From the NCBI GenBank assembly GCA_963699255.1, contig OY969425.1:300001-332000 (forward strand): a stretch of 32,000 nucleotides of DNA, read 5' to 3'. This DNA comes from an uncultured bacterium. GTDB taxonomy: Bacteria; Margulisbacteria; WOR-1; CAVSGV01. Below are positions 23,294-32,000 of the stretch, in pieces (the stretch's first letter is position 1; each line of letters begins with the position of its first letter). The position numbers and the translations under genes were made by a program. The notes under the pieces were generated by a model. The model was not told the origin of the DNA, did not search any database, and saw nothing but the letters and a program-made list of their open reading frames with translations.

Positions 23294-23303
23294 TTAATTA
23301 ATT

Positions 23304-25832
23304 ATGTCCGATTTCGATTACTCAAGCAGTTCCATAGATCTGGTCTATAATGAGCTCAAGACTTCGCTGATCGGTCTTTCCGACAAAGAGGCGAAGCGCC
23401 GCCTCGGGTTTTACGGTTATAACGAGCCCGCCAAAAAGAAAAGGATCCCTGTTGTTGTTCAGCTCCTCCTTAAATTCGCCAATCCCCTTATAGTTCTGCT
23501 CCTGATAATCGCCGGGTTCTCGCTGTTCTTTGGCGGGAGGATAAGCGCATTAATTGTCGTATCGATGGCCATTGTAAGCGTATTCCTTTCTTTCATCCAG
23601 GAATACCGCGCCGGAAGGGAAGTTGAACGGCTTAGCGAAATGGTCTATACGACCGCGACCGTGATACGCCACGGCAGATCAAAAGAGATCAATATCAGAG
23701 ATGTTGTTCCTGGAGATATTGTCGATCTTTTTGCCGGAGACATGATCCCTGCGGACCTAAGGATAATTTCCTGCAAAGACCTGAGTATAAATCAGTCGTC
23801 GCTGACGGGAGAATCGTTCCCAACGGAAAAGATCGCGGGCCCGATACACGGCAAGGCGCGTTCCACATCGGACCTGCAGAATATCGCTTTTATGGGTACA
23901 AGCGTCATAAGCGGTACCGGATTGGCGGTCGTGATAAAGACAGGCGTCAATACCCAGTTCGGTGAGCTGTCAAAACAACTGGCTGCCATCGGCGTGGAAA
24001 CAAGCTTTGACAAGGGTGTCAGGGAATTTACCTGGCTGATGATATACGCGATGTTGATCATGGTGCTATTCATCTTCGCCATAAATTCGTTCAGGCGCGG
24101 CAATTTTATAGAAGCGTTGCTGTTCTCCCTCGGGGTCGCCGTAGGGCTCACTCCTGAGATGCTGCCTGTGCTTGTCGCGGTGAACCTATCGAGAGGCGCG
24201 ATAGCCATGTCAAAAAAGGAAGTGATCGTGAAGAGATTGGATTCGATCCAGAATTTCGGAGCTATGGATGTTCTCTGCACCGATAAGACGGGCACTCTTA
24301 CCCTTAATCACATCATTCTGGAAAAACACTGCGATGTGGTGGGGAAGGAAAACGAAGATGTGCTGCTGTTCGCTTACATAAACAGTTTTAATCAGACCGG
24401 TCTTAAGAACCTTCTGGACAGGACGATCCTTAATCACGAGAAGTTCGCGGTCAAAAAGTTCAATAAGATCGACGAGATACCGTTCGATTTCTCAAGGAAA
24501 ATAATGTCGGTCATTGTCGAAATGGAAGGCCATCACAGCATCATTTCAAAAGGGGCGCCGGAAGAGATATTCAAGAGGTGCACGCGCTACGAACTTGACG
24601 GCCAGATGCATGACATGCATCTGGGCCTGCATGCCGACCTGAAGAAAGAATATGACAGCTTGAGCAGGGAAGGGTTCAGGGTGCTTGCGATAGCGTACAA
24701 GGAGACGGACGTTAACAGGGAATTTTATTCAAGGGAGGATGAAAAAGATCTCATACTGAAAGGATATATCGCGTTCCTGGACCCGCCGAAGCCGACGGCA
24801 AAAGCCGCGATACAGGCGTTGACGAAGCTGGGGATAACGGTAAAGGTCCTGACGGGCGACAATGAACTTGTGGCAGAAAAGATCTGCAGAGAAGTCGGAC
24901 TTGATGTTACGGGGCTTGTCAGCGGCGATCAGATCGAAAAGCTGAAAGAGAATGAGCTCAAGAAGATCGTGAACTCCAAGACCATTTTTGCGCGGACCTC
25001 GCCACTGCAAAAGGAAAGGATCATACGCGCGCTCCATGATATCGGGCATACGGTCGGATATCTGGGTGACGGCATAAACGATGCTCCCGCCCTGAAAACT
25101 TCTGATGTGGGCATTACCGTGAACAATGCCGTTGATATCGCAAAGGAATCCTCTGATCTCATCCTTCTCAGAAAAAGCCTGATGGTCCTTAAGGACGGCG
25201 TTATCGAGGGAAGGAGGACGTTCGGCAATATCGTTAAGTACATAAAAATGGGGGCGAGCTCGAATTTCGGTAATATGTTCAGCATGACGGGCGGCAGTCT
25301 GTTCCTTCCCTTCCTTCCTATGCTGCCGATACAGATACTTTTGAACAATTTTCTTTATGACATGTCCCAGCTTGCCATCCCGACGGACGAAGTGGACAAG
25401 GAATATATCTCAATGCCGCGCCCCTGGAACGTAAGCTCCATAAAGAAATTCATGGTCATCATCGGGCCGATCAGTTCCATCTTCGATTTCATCACGTTCG
25501 GCATGATGCTTGTCCTTTTCAAGGCATCCGCGGACCTTTTCCACACGGGATGGTTCATAGAGTCGCTGACCTCGCAGACGCTGGCTATATATGTAATAAG
25601 GACGGGGAAGATCCCCTTTATTCAAAGCCTCCCCAGCAGGCCGCTGATATTTACGACCCTTCTGATAGTTGCCGCGGGGATCATTATCCCGTTCACTCCA
25701 CTTGCCGGTCCTTTTGGTTTTGTGGTCCCGCCGGTTTCGTATTTTGGACTGCTATTTATCATAGTTCTTGCATATCTGATGCTGGTCCAGCTGATAAAAA
25801 GCTGGTTCGTTAAAAGGTTCGGTTTTGATTGA
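23304..25832 (+). CDS. mgtA: magnesium-importing P-type ATPase (MgtA/MgtB type)
   Basis: 842 aa with TGES, the phosphorylation site DKTGTLT, the hinge GDGINDAPAL, and the MgtA-type TM segment LLNNFLYDMSQLAIPTDEVD. Confidence 0.9.
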   Translation: MSDFDYSSSSIDLVYNELKTSLIGLSDKEAKRRLGFYGYNEPAKKKRIPVVVQLLLKFANPLIVLLLIIAGFSLFFGGRISALIVVSMAIVSVFLSFIQEYRAGREVERLSEMVYTTATVIRHGRSKEINIRDVVPGDIVDLFAGDMIPADLRIISCKDLSINQSSLTGESFPTEKIAGPIHGKARSTSDLQNIAFMGTSVISGTGLAVVIKTGVNTQFGELSKQLAAIGVETSFDKGVREFTWLMIYAMLIMVLFIFAINSFRRGNFIEALLFSLGVAVGLTPEMLPVLVAVNLSRGAIAMSKKEVIVKRLDSIQNFGAMDVLCTDKTGTLTLNHIILEKHCDVVGKENEDVLLFAYINSFNQTGLKNLLDRTILNHEKFAVKKFNKIDEIPFDFSRKIMSVIVEMEGHHSIISKGAPEEIFKRCTRYELDGQMHDMHLGLHADLKKEYDSLSREGFRVLAIAYKETDVNREFYSREDEKDLILKGYIAFLDPPKPTAKAAIQALTKLGITVKVLTGDNELVAEKICREVGLDVTGLVSGDQIEKLKENELKKIVNSKTIFARTSPLQKERIIRALHDIGHTVGYLGDGINDAPALKTSDVGITVNNAVDIAKESSDLILLRKSLMVLKDGVIEGRRTFGNIVKYIKMGASSNFGNMFSMTGGSLFLPFLPMLPIQILLNNFLYDMSQLAIPTDEVDKEYISMPRPWNVSSIKKFMVIIGPISSIFDFITFGMMLVLFKASADLFHTGWFIESLTSQTLAIYVIRTGKIPFIQSLPSRPLIFTTLLIVAAGIIIPFTPLAGPFGFVVPPVSYFGLLFIIVLAYLMLVQLIKSWFVKRFGFD

Positions 25833-25995
25833 CCTCACCCCTGTGAGAATGAGGCTGGAGTTGAGACGTGGGTCTGGGATGAGGAATTGGGAATGAGGAA
25901 CATTGCCAACCCATTTCCACCCAAATCCTCACCCTCGACCCACTGCTCATTCTAATCCCAATCCTCGACTTGACAGTATTCAAACCGGGGTGAGG
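25833..25995 (+). other. ~163-nt long imperfect hairpin immediately after the mgtA stop codon
   Basis: Nested complementary blocks:
- CCTCACCCC 25833-25841 with GGGGTGAGG 25987-25995 (9 bp).
- AGAATGAG 25846-25853 with CTCATTCT 25946-25953.
- GTGGGTC 25868-25874 with GACCCAC 25937-25943.
- GGGATGAGGAATTGGG 25876-25891 with CCCAAATCCTCACCC 25920-25934 (one bulge).
The left arm is C-poor and the right arm is G-poor. Confidence 0.55.
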
Positions 25996-26052
25996 AAATC
26001 TCCTCTTGAACGACGCAAATATATTTGATATATTTATCACTCGTTTAAAAAT

Positions 26053-27495
26053 ATGAACTACAACGCGGTAATTCTTAGCATTGTTTTTATTCCTGTTATA
26101 GGAGCTTTCATCCTTCCGCTGGTCGGGTGGAGCTCAAAAAACACCAGGAATTATCTGTCTTTCTTATTTATTTTATCCTCATTTGTTCTTTCAGCGGCGA
26201 TGATACCTCTGGTCATATCGGGAAAGACTGCAACATTCAGCATGCCTCTGGCTTTTGGCTTCAATATGGTCTTCACCGCGGACGGCCTGGCGGTTTTCAT
26301 GGCCTGCGTTTCATCTTTTATCAGCGCGATGATAATCCTTTATTCATTCGATTACATCAGCCACTACGAGAACCAGAACGAATATTATTCGATGGTCGTC
26401 CTCTTCTGCGGTTCGATGATGGGCCTTGTTTTTGCGGCTAACCTCATTTTCCTGTTCATGTTCTGGGAGCTTACGGCGATAACAAGCTGGCGGTTGATCG
26501 GATATTTCAGGGGAAAAGCGCACGTATTAAAGGCTGACAAGGCGTTCCTTGTCACGGTCTTCGGCGCGCTGATGATGCTGATAGGTTTTATCGGCGTCTA
26601 TCAGCTGACCGGCTCGTTCGATCTGGCGGTGATAAAGCAGGCGCTGTTGACGCATCCTCTCCCGAATATTCTGCTTGCCCTGATATTTGTAGGGCTTATT
26701 TCAAAATCCGCAACACTGCCGTTCCATACATGGCTGCCCGATGCCGGCGTCGCGCCTTCTCCCGTTACGGCGCTGCTGCACGCTGCGGTGCTCGTCAAGA
26801 TCGGCGTATATGTTTTCGCGAGGCTTTTCATCGCAACTTTCACGATAGGGCAGGTGTGGCATACGATAGTGCCTTCCGTCGCTCTTGCCAGCGCGCTGAT
26901 ATCCGCAGCGGCGGCGATGTTCGAAACCGACCTTAAGAGGCTTATCGCTTATTCAACCGTCAGCCAGATAGGATTTATTTTCTTCGGGCTTGCGACAGGA
27001 AATGTCATAGGGATCGCCGGCGGCCTTCTTTATATATTGATGCACGGACTGGCCAAGGCAGGACTCTTCCTCTGCGCCGGCATTATAGAGCAGAACACCA
27101 AGATTAGGGATATTACAAAACTCGGGGGGCTTATCACCACGATGCCAGTGACGGCGATATCATTCCTTTTCTGCGCTTTATCCGTCATGGGAGTTCCGCC
27201 TTTCGGAGGATTCTTCAGCAAGTACATGGTCTTCGCGGGCGCGATCCAGGCAAGGCAGTTCTTGATGGCAGGTCTGTTCTTATGTGCGGCATTCATGACG
27301 ATCATCTACCTTTTCAGGGTGTTCAATATGGTTTTCCTTGGTGAAGTGAAGGTGTCCGCAAAGGAAGGCTCGGCCGCCATGGTCCTTTGCGTGGCGGCGC
27401 TAGCGGCGCTTTCTCTCGCCGGCGGGATCTTTGTATGTTATCCGGCTTTCTTTGCCAGAGTGTCGGCTATGCAGATGCTGGGGGTAATTAAATGA
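26053..27495 (+). CDS. antiporter-like subunit (NuoN/MrpD/MbhH family, proton-conducting membrane transporter)
   Basis: 480 aa with about 14 TM helices and family motifs: SKSATLPFHTWLPDA, HAAVLVKIGVY, KRLIAYSTVSQIG. Confidence 0.85.
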   Translation: MNYNAVILSIVFIPVIGAFILPLVGWSSKNTRNYLSFLFILSSFVLSAAMIPLVISGKTATFSMPLAFGFNMVFTADGLAVFMACVSSFISAMIILYSFDYISHYENQNEYYSMVVLFCGSMMGLVFAANLIFLFMFWELTAITSWRLIGYFRGKAHVLKADKAFLVTVFGALMMLIGFIGVYQLTGSFDLAVIKQALLTHPLPNILLALIFVGLISKSATLPFHTWLPDAGVAPSPVTALLHAAVLVKIGVYVFARLFIATFTIGQVWHTIVPSVALASALISAAAAMFETDLKRLIAYSTVSQIGFIFFGLATGNVIGIAGGLLYILMHGLAKAGLFLCAGIIEQNTKIRDITKLGGLITTMPVTAISFLFCALSVMGVPPFGGFFSKYMVFAGAIQARQFLMAGLFLCAAFMTIIYLFRVFNMVFLGEVKVSAKEGSAAMVLCVAALAALSLAGGIFVCYPAFFARVSAMQMLGVIK

Positions 27496-29228
27496 CGGCT
27501 GTCACGCTGATACTGACATTCTTGAACTTTTTGCTTGCGGTGTTCCTGTTCAGGAGCAACGCGGGTTTTACTTTGCCGTGGCTCGGCTTCGGTCTCGATT
27601 TCTCCATGAGGATATACAGCTTCAACGCTTTCATAATCCTTGCCTCGTCGATATTCGGGTTCCTGACGGCCCTGTATTCGGCCGCGTTCATGAAAGGGAA
27701 GAAGAACTCGGGATTATTTTATGCTTTGCTTTTGCTGTCACTTCTTTTTGTGGACGGCGCGGTCGCGGCTGACAATCTTATAGTCATGCTTTTCTTCTGG
27801 GAAGGCCTTCTCGCGGCGATGTTCGGCATGATCGCGATAGGGAACAACAATGCGTTCAAGACCGCCACGAAGGCATTCATCATCCTGGGGATATGCGACC
27901 TTTGCATGATGTTCGGCATAATCCTTACGGGATATCTTGCGGGAACGATGACAATTTCAAATATCCATTTGCCTCTGAACACCCTGGGGAGCATCGCTTA
28001 CATATTCCTGATGATAGGCGCCATCTCGAAAGGCGGTTCGATGCCTTTCCACAGCTGGATACCGGATGCCGCCATAGACGCTCCGCTTCCTTTTATGGCG
28101 ATATTTCCTGCCGCCCTTGAAAAGCTGCTCGGGATATATTTCCTGACGAGGATCTCACTTGATATGTTCAAGCTGACCGCGGATTCCTGGGTAAGTATTT
28201 TGCTGATGACGATAGGTGCGCTGACAATAATCCTCGCGGTAATGATGGCTTTGATACAGAAGAACTATAAAAAGCTTTTGTCTTACCATGCCATAAGCCA
28301 GGTGGGTTACATGATACTCGGGATCGGGACCGCCACTCCGGCGGGTATCATCGGCGGGATATTCCACATGATAAACAACGCCATGTACAAAAGCTGCCTG
28401 TTCCTGACGGGGGGCTCGGTGGAGAAACAAACAGGAACATCAGATCTGGAAAAACTCGGCGGGATCGGCTGGAAAATGCCGATAACTTTCATATGCTTCA
28501 TCATAACAGCCGTTTCCATATCGGGTGTTCCTCCTTTCAACGGGTTCTTCTCAAAAGAGCTTGTCTATGACGGCGCGCTCGAGAGGGGGCTGATATTCTA
28601 TCTCGCCGCTGTTATCGGATCGTTCTTTACCGCCGCGTCTTTCCTTAAGCTTGGGCATGCGGCTTTTCTGGGAAAAGCGAGGGAAGAGAACAAAAATGTC
28701 AAGGAAGTTCCCTGGTCAATGCTCATACCTATGATAGTTATCGCGGCCGGCTGCGTTGTATTCGGATTATGGAACGCTTTGCCGATACATATCATCCAGC
28801 CGGTATTGGGCAAGGGACTTGAAGGCCGCAACTTCGCGGGGTTCCCGTCGAATGCCGTCCTTGTGATCATCACATTGGTTGTTCTGGCGGGAGCTATACT
28901 GAACCACCTGTACGGCGTTAAAGCGAAAGGCAGCGGACTGAAAGCCGTCGATCATATCCATTATGCTCCAGGATTATCATGGCTTTATGAAAGGGCGGAA
29001 AAAGGCAAATTCGATCCATATAATATCGGCATGTTCCTGGTCGGAGTTATAACAAGGATCGGCTGGTGGTTCGACAGGGGAATAGACTGGCTGTACGACG
29101 TTTTCATCACCAGGCTGACTTACGCTTTTACATATCAGATCAAAAAAGCTCACAACGGAAGTTACGTCGTGTATCTGGCGTGGTCGCTTGTCGGAGCGGC
29201 CCTGGCGATAGCATTCATGATAAGGTAG
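27492..29228 (+). CDS. NuoL/MrpA-like antiporter subunit with a C-terminal lateral-helix-like extension
   Basis: 578 aa with FFWEGLLAAMFG, SKGGSMPFHSWIPDA and KKLLSYHAISQVGYM. The C-terminal roughly 100 aa contain an amphipathic stretch plus a final TM helix, as in NuoL. The start overlaps the upstream stop (ATGA). Confidence 0.85.
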   Translation: MTAVTLILTFLNFLLAVFLFRSNAGFTLPWLGFGLDFSMRIYSFNAFIILASSIFGFLTALYSAAFMKGKKNSGLFYALLLLSLLFVDGAVAADNLIVMLFFWEGLLAAMFGMIAIGNNNAFKTATKAFIILGICDLCMMFGIILTGYLAGTMTISNIHLPLNTLGSIAYIFLMIGAISKGGSMPFHSWIPDAAIDAPLPFMAIFPAALEKLLGIYFLTRISLDMFKLTADSWVSILLMTIGALTIILAVMMALIQKNYKKLLSYHAISQVGYMILGIGTATPAGIIGGIFHMINNAMYKSCLFLTGGSVEKQTGTSDLEKLGGIGWKMPITFICFIITAVSISGVPPFNGFFSKELVYDGALERGLIFYLAAVIGSFFTAASFLKLGHAAFLGKAREENKNVKEVPWSMLIPMIVIAAGCVVFGLWNALPIHIIQPVLGKGLEGRNFAGFPSNAVLVIITLVVLAGAILNHLYGVKAKGSGLKAVDHIHYAPGLSWLYERAEKGKFDPYNIGMFLVGVITRIGWWFDRGIDWLYDVFITRLTYAFTYQIKKAHNGSYVVYLAWSLVGAALAIAFMIR

Positions 29229-29235
29229 GAAGAAA

Positions 29236-30645
29236 ATGTTCTCATTGTTGATATTGATGCCTCTGTTAAGCGCGATAATATTGAACCTGCCGTTCAGGAA
29301 GTTCATGGGCAGGGCGGCCTTCTGGGTCTGCCTGGCCCTGTTCGTCGCGCAGATCCTCTGGATCATTCTTCCGATATCCGCGGCTTTTGAACCGATATTT
29401 AAATTCAACCTCATCATAGACGACCTGAGCAGGGTCGTTCTTTTCTGCATAGGCATGGTCTCTATCGCATCTCTTTTCGTCGGGGAACACGTCATCAAAG
29501 ATGACGACCAGAAATTCAATTTCTTCAATCTCCTTATTTTGGCCCTCGCCGGGATGAACGGCGTCGTGATGGTCAAAGATGTTTTTTCTCTTTATGTTTT
29601 CCTTGAAATAACCGCGGTCGCGTCCTTTGTGCTTATTTCATTGTACAGGGACAGGGACGCGCTTGAAGCGGCGTTCAAGTATCTGCTCCTTTCTGCCATC
29701 GCGACGGTAATGATGCTTTCATCCATCGCTTTGCTTTTGCTTGTCGCGGGCGATACGAGCTTTTCGGCGATAAACGCTGCGATAATGACCTCCCCGCACA
29801 GTTCGGTGATCACATTGGCGATGGGGCTTTTCATATGCGGGCTTTTCATAAAAGGTGGCCTTATGCCTTTCCACGGATGGCTTCCCGACGCTTATTCCGC
29901 TGCGCCTGCCCCCGTTTCGGTGCTTCTTGCAGGGATCGTGACAAAGACGGTGGGCATTTATGCGCTGATAAGGATAGTCACTCTTGTTTTTGTTTTTGAC
30001 AACCCGCTCAAGCTCCTTCTGATGTTCGTCGGCGCGTTTTCGATCGTTTTCGGCGCTCTTGCCGCGCTGGGGCAGAGTGACATGAAGAGGATGTTCGCTT
30101 ATTCCAGCATCAGCCAGGTCGGCTATATAGTAATAGGGCTGGGCTGCGGCACGCCGCTTTCGGTCTTCGGCGCCATATTCCATCTGCTGAATCACGCGAT
30201 ATTTAAATCCCTTTTGTTCGTTAATGCCGCCGCCGTGGAATCCCAGACCGGATCGAGGGACATGGACAAGATGTCGGGTCTCGCGGAAAAAATGCCGGTG
30301 ACCGGCGTTACATCGCTTCTGGCGATGCTTTCAGCCTCGGGGATCCCTCCGCTTTCGGGTTTCTGGAGCAAACTCATCATTATCATGGCGCTCTGGATAT
30401 CGGGTTATCATGTTTATGCCGTTATCGCCGTGTCTGCCAGTATTATCACGCTCGCTTATTTTCTCTCGATGCAGAGGCGCGTTTTCTTCGGCAAGACCGG
30501 CGGTGAATTCGCCAATATAAAAGAAGCGGGAATTAAATTGCTAGTTCCTTCGCTCATGCTCGCATTATTGATAGTTCTCATAGGGATATTATTTCCTTTT
30601 CTTGCGGGTCTGTACGTGAACCCGGCAGGATTATTGGGAGGATGA
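29236..30645 (+). CDS. antiporter-like subunit (NuoM/MrpD family)
   Basis: 469 aa with IKGGLMPFHGWLPDAYSAAP and KRMFAYSSISQVGYI. Confidence 0.85.
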   Translation: MFSLLILMPLLSAIILNLPFRKFMGRAAFWVCLALFVAQILWIILPISAAFEPIFKFNLIIDDLSRVVLFCIGMVSIASLFVGEHVIKDDDQKFNFFNLLILALAGMNGVVMVKDVFSLYVFLEITAVASFVLISLYRDRDALEAAFKYLLLSAIATVMMLSSIALLLLVAGDTSFSAINAAIMTSPHSSVITLAMGLFICGLFIKGGLMPFHGWLPDAYSAAPAPVSVLLAGIVTKTVGIYALIRIVTLVFVFDNPLKLLLMFVGAFSIVFGALAALGQSDMKRMFAYSSISQVGYIVIGLGCGTPLSVFGAIFHLLNHAIFKSLLFVNAAAVESQTGSRDMDKMSGLAEKMPVTGVTSLLAMLSASGIPPLSGFWSKLIIIMALWISGYHVYAVIAVSASIITLAYFLSMQRRVFFGKTGGEFANIKEAGIKLLVPSLMLALLIVLIGILFPFLAGLYVNPAGLLGG

Positions 30646-30649
30646 CTTT

Positions 30650-31144
30650 GTGGTGATAAACGAGGTACTTCTTATAGCTCTGATCGCGGCCGCGCTATGC
30701 ACCGTTATGGCCAGAAGTCTGCTGCGATCCGCCATCTTTCTCGCGATTACGAGCGCGATACTTTCCGTGATCATGTTCAGGCTGGGCAGTCCTGTGGCCG
30801 CCGTTTTCGAACTTTCGGTTTGCGCCGGGCTGATATCCGCGTTGTTCTTCTGCATAATAACCATCACGGAACCTCTGACGCCGGAAAAAGTGCGCGAAGA
30901 AGCAAAGGCGAGATTCGAACGGTTCTGGTATTTGCCTCCTCTGGTCGTGCTGGCCGGGTTCATTCTGAGGTTCTTAAGCGTTACGATCGATGTTAAGCGG
31001 GCTGTTCCGATGGAGATCGCGGACGTCAGGAGCATTCTGTGGGGACAAAGGCAGCTTGACCTCATAGGGCAGATAATAATACTTCTCTGCGGGGTCTTCG
31101 GCATAGTCATATTATTGAAGGAGCTGAGGAAAAAACGTGGTTAG
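30650..31144 (+). CDS. MbhD (DUF4040) plus MnhB/MbhE-like fused membrane subunit
   Basis: GTG start 7 nt after GGGAGGA. The N-terminal half GSPVAAVFELSVCAGLISALFF resembles the DUF4040 motif GAPDVALTEAAVGAG. The C-terminal half QRQLDLIGQIIILLCGVFGIVILL resembles the MnhB motif RGFDTLGEV.VLF.A. Confidence 0.7.
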   Translation: MVINEVLLIALIAAALCTVMARSLLRSAIFLAITSAILSVIMFRLGSPVAAVFELSVCAGLISALFFCIITITEPLTPEKVREEAKARFERFWYLPPLVVLAGFILRFLSVTIDVKRAVPMEIADVRSILWGQRQLDLIGQIIILLCGVFGIVILLKELRKKRG

Positions 31145-31457
31145 CATGCCGTTAAATATATTCTGGATCTTCAGCGTTTACATCATAGTCCTTTTCGTGA
31201 TGGGTTTGTATTGCATCCTGGTCACGCTCAATCTTGTAAGGGCGCTTATCGGGATCGAGATATTGATGAAGGCCGTTACGCTCCTGATAATAATCTCCGG
31301 TCAGGCTTGCGGCAGCGCGGCGCTTTCCCAGGCGATGATCATAACACTTATAGTGATTGAAACGGTCTTCATTGCGGTAGCTATGGGGATAGTCCTCTGC
31401 TTTTACAAGTATACCGGGTCTCTTGACACAAAGAACATGACCAAGCTGAAAGGATAA
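31137..31457 (+). CDS. NuoK / MnhC / MbhG-like small membrane subunit
   Basis: 106 aa with 3 TM helices. LNLVRALIGIEILMKAVTLLII matches the ND4L/MnhC motif. The start is GTG 31137 or ATG 31146. Confidence 0.8.
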   Translation: MVSMPLNIFWIFSVYIIVLFVMGLYCILVTLNLVRALIGIEILMKAVTLLIIISGQACGSAALSQAMIITLIVIETVFIAVAMGIVLCFYKYTGSLDTKNMTKLKG

Positions 31458-31460
31458 TAA

Positions 31461-31793
31461 ATGAACGATTATTTACTTACGCCGCCGGTCAGTTTCATGA
31501 TCATATTGGCGGCATCATGGCTTCTTTCGTATGCGTCGTCATTTCTCTCGTTCAAGAATAAGGGAACGACGGAGGGAGAAAAGAAAGCTTACGCCTGCGG
31601 AGAAGACAATTATGACAATATGGCCCGTCCCGATTACAGCCAGTTCTTCATTTTCGCGTTCTTTTTCACGCTCGCGCATGTTACCACTCTCATAATCACA
31701 ACGATGCCGAAAGGCGCGCTGGATGTTTTCCTTATCGCGACCGCTTACATCGTGGTGGGCCTTGTGTCATTGCTTATATTGTTCAGGAGTTGA
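31461..31793 (+). CDS. NuoA (ND3)/MbhI-like small membrane subunit, divergent
   Basis: 110 aa with 3 TM helices. The loop motif YACGED corresponds to NuoA YE(C/S)G. The second helix FFIFAFFFTLAHV sits where NuoA has FLIFDVE. Confidence 0.55.
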   Translation: MNDYLLTPPVSFMIILAASWLLSYASSFLSFKNKGTTEGEKKAYACGEDNYDNMARPDYSQFFIFAFFFTLAHVTTLIITTMPKGALDVFLIATAYIVVGLVSLLILFRS

Positions 31794-31797
31794 GGGA

Positions 31798-32000
31798 ATG
31801 AAAGTCATCGATAAAATAGTGCTATGGTCAAGGCTAAAATCACCGTGGGTGCTGCATTTCAATACGGGAGCGTGCAACGCTTGCGACATAGAGATCGTTG
31901 CGGCGCTAACTCCAAAATTCGACCTGGAACGTTTCGGCATACTGCTTAAGGGCACGCCAAGGCATGCCGATATACTTCTGTGCTCGGGGCCGGTCACAAG
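31798..32000 (+). CDS. NuoB / group-4 [NiFe]-hydrogenase small-subunit-like protein (MbhJ/HycG type), 5' part only
   Basis: ATG 31798 follows GAGGGA. My translation is MKVIDKIVLWSRLKSPWVLHFNTGACNACDIEIVAALTPKFDLERFGILLKGTPRHADILLCSGPVT, which shows the pattern W..H..TG.CN.CDIE...ALTP.YD.ERFG......PRHAD.LL.TGPVT. The ORF runs off the window and is not in the ORF track. Confidence 0.85.
   Translation, partial: MKVIDKIVLWSRLKSPWVLHFNTGACNACDIEIVAALTPKFDLERFGILLKGTPRHADILLCSGPVT

Noticed and set aside
23134-23303. M-box (ykoK) or enterobacterial-type Mg2+ riboswitch upstream of mgtA
   Set aside because: Only a vague resemblance: GTTTAGAGGTGAG versus the M-box GUUAGGUGAGGC. The rest of the conserved M-box core as I recall it is absent, and the best promoter lies downstream of the element. 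A cmsearch with RF00380 would be decisive, so it is reported only as an unexplained structured element.
28977-30195. Minus-strand ORFs 28977-29576 and 29719-30195, and 30631-31110
   Set aside because: They lie antisense to the antiporter-like and MbhD-like genes. The plus-strand frames carry unmistakable complex-I/Mrp motifs.

Overview
This 32-kb segment is from a mid-GC bacterium that looks anaerobic, judging by rubrerythrin, hemerythrin, a CDGSH Fe-S protein and an Mrp/Mbh-type complex. No taxon can be assigned from the sequence alone.

Gene content, left to right:
- A polyamine cluster: DHS-like protein, PLP decarboxylase, and homospermidine synthase with a basic tail.
- A convergent ABC-2 exporter.
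- A MarR / EmrA-like / EmrB-like efflux operon whose MFS gene is frame-broken.
- Rubrerythrin and a small lysine-rich exported protein.
- A visibly AT-rich ~5.4-kb island (9128-14554), bracketed by a perfect 10-bp direct repeat.
- Housekeeping and accessory genes: APC permease, lipoprotein, CDGSH / CxxS-thioredoxin operon, MFS, DUF167, nitroreductase, DUF3175, hemerythrin, GIY-YIG.
- A P-type Mg2+ ATPase flanked on both sides by long strand-asymmetric imperfect hairpins.
- The start of an Mrp/Mbh/complex-I-like membrane complex: three antiporter-like subunits, an MbhD/MnhB fusion, and NuoK-, NuoA- and NuoB-like subunits.

The island carries:
- an inverted repeat with heptamer iterons;
- a two-gene operon of unknown function, plus several orphan ORFs;
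- a SpoVG-fold protein overlapping a Rep_trans/gpII-like rolling-circle initiator;
- a C-terminal remnant of a large serine recombinase;
- an HNH endonuclease gene with an in-frame TAG at a conserved Trp.

The strongest finding is also on the island: a tRNA-Asn(GUU) gene split in its anticodon loop by a 238-nt group I intron. The intron shows P1 with a U.G splice-site pair, P/Q/R/S core elements, GNRA-capped P2 and P9, and a terminal G.

All functional calls rest on motif recognition by eye. No database search was run.
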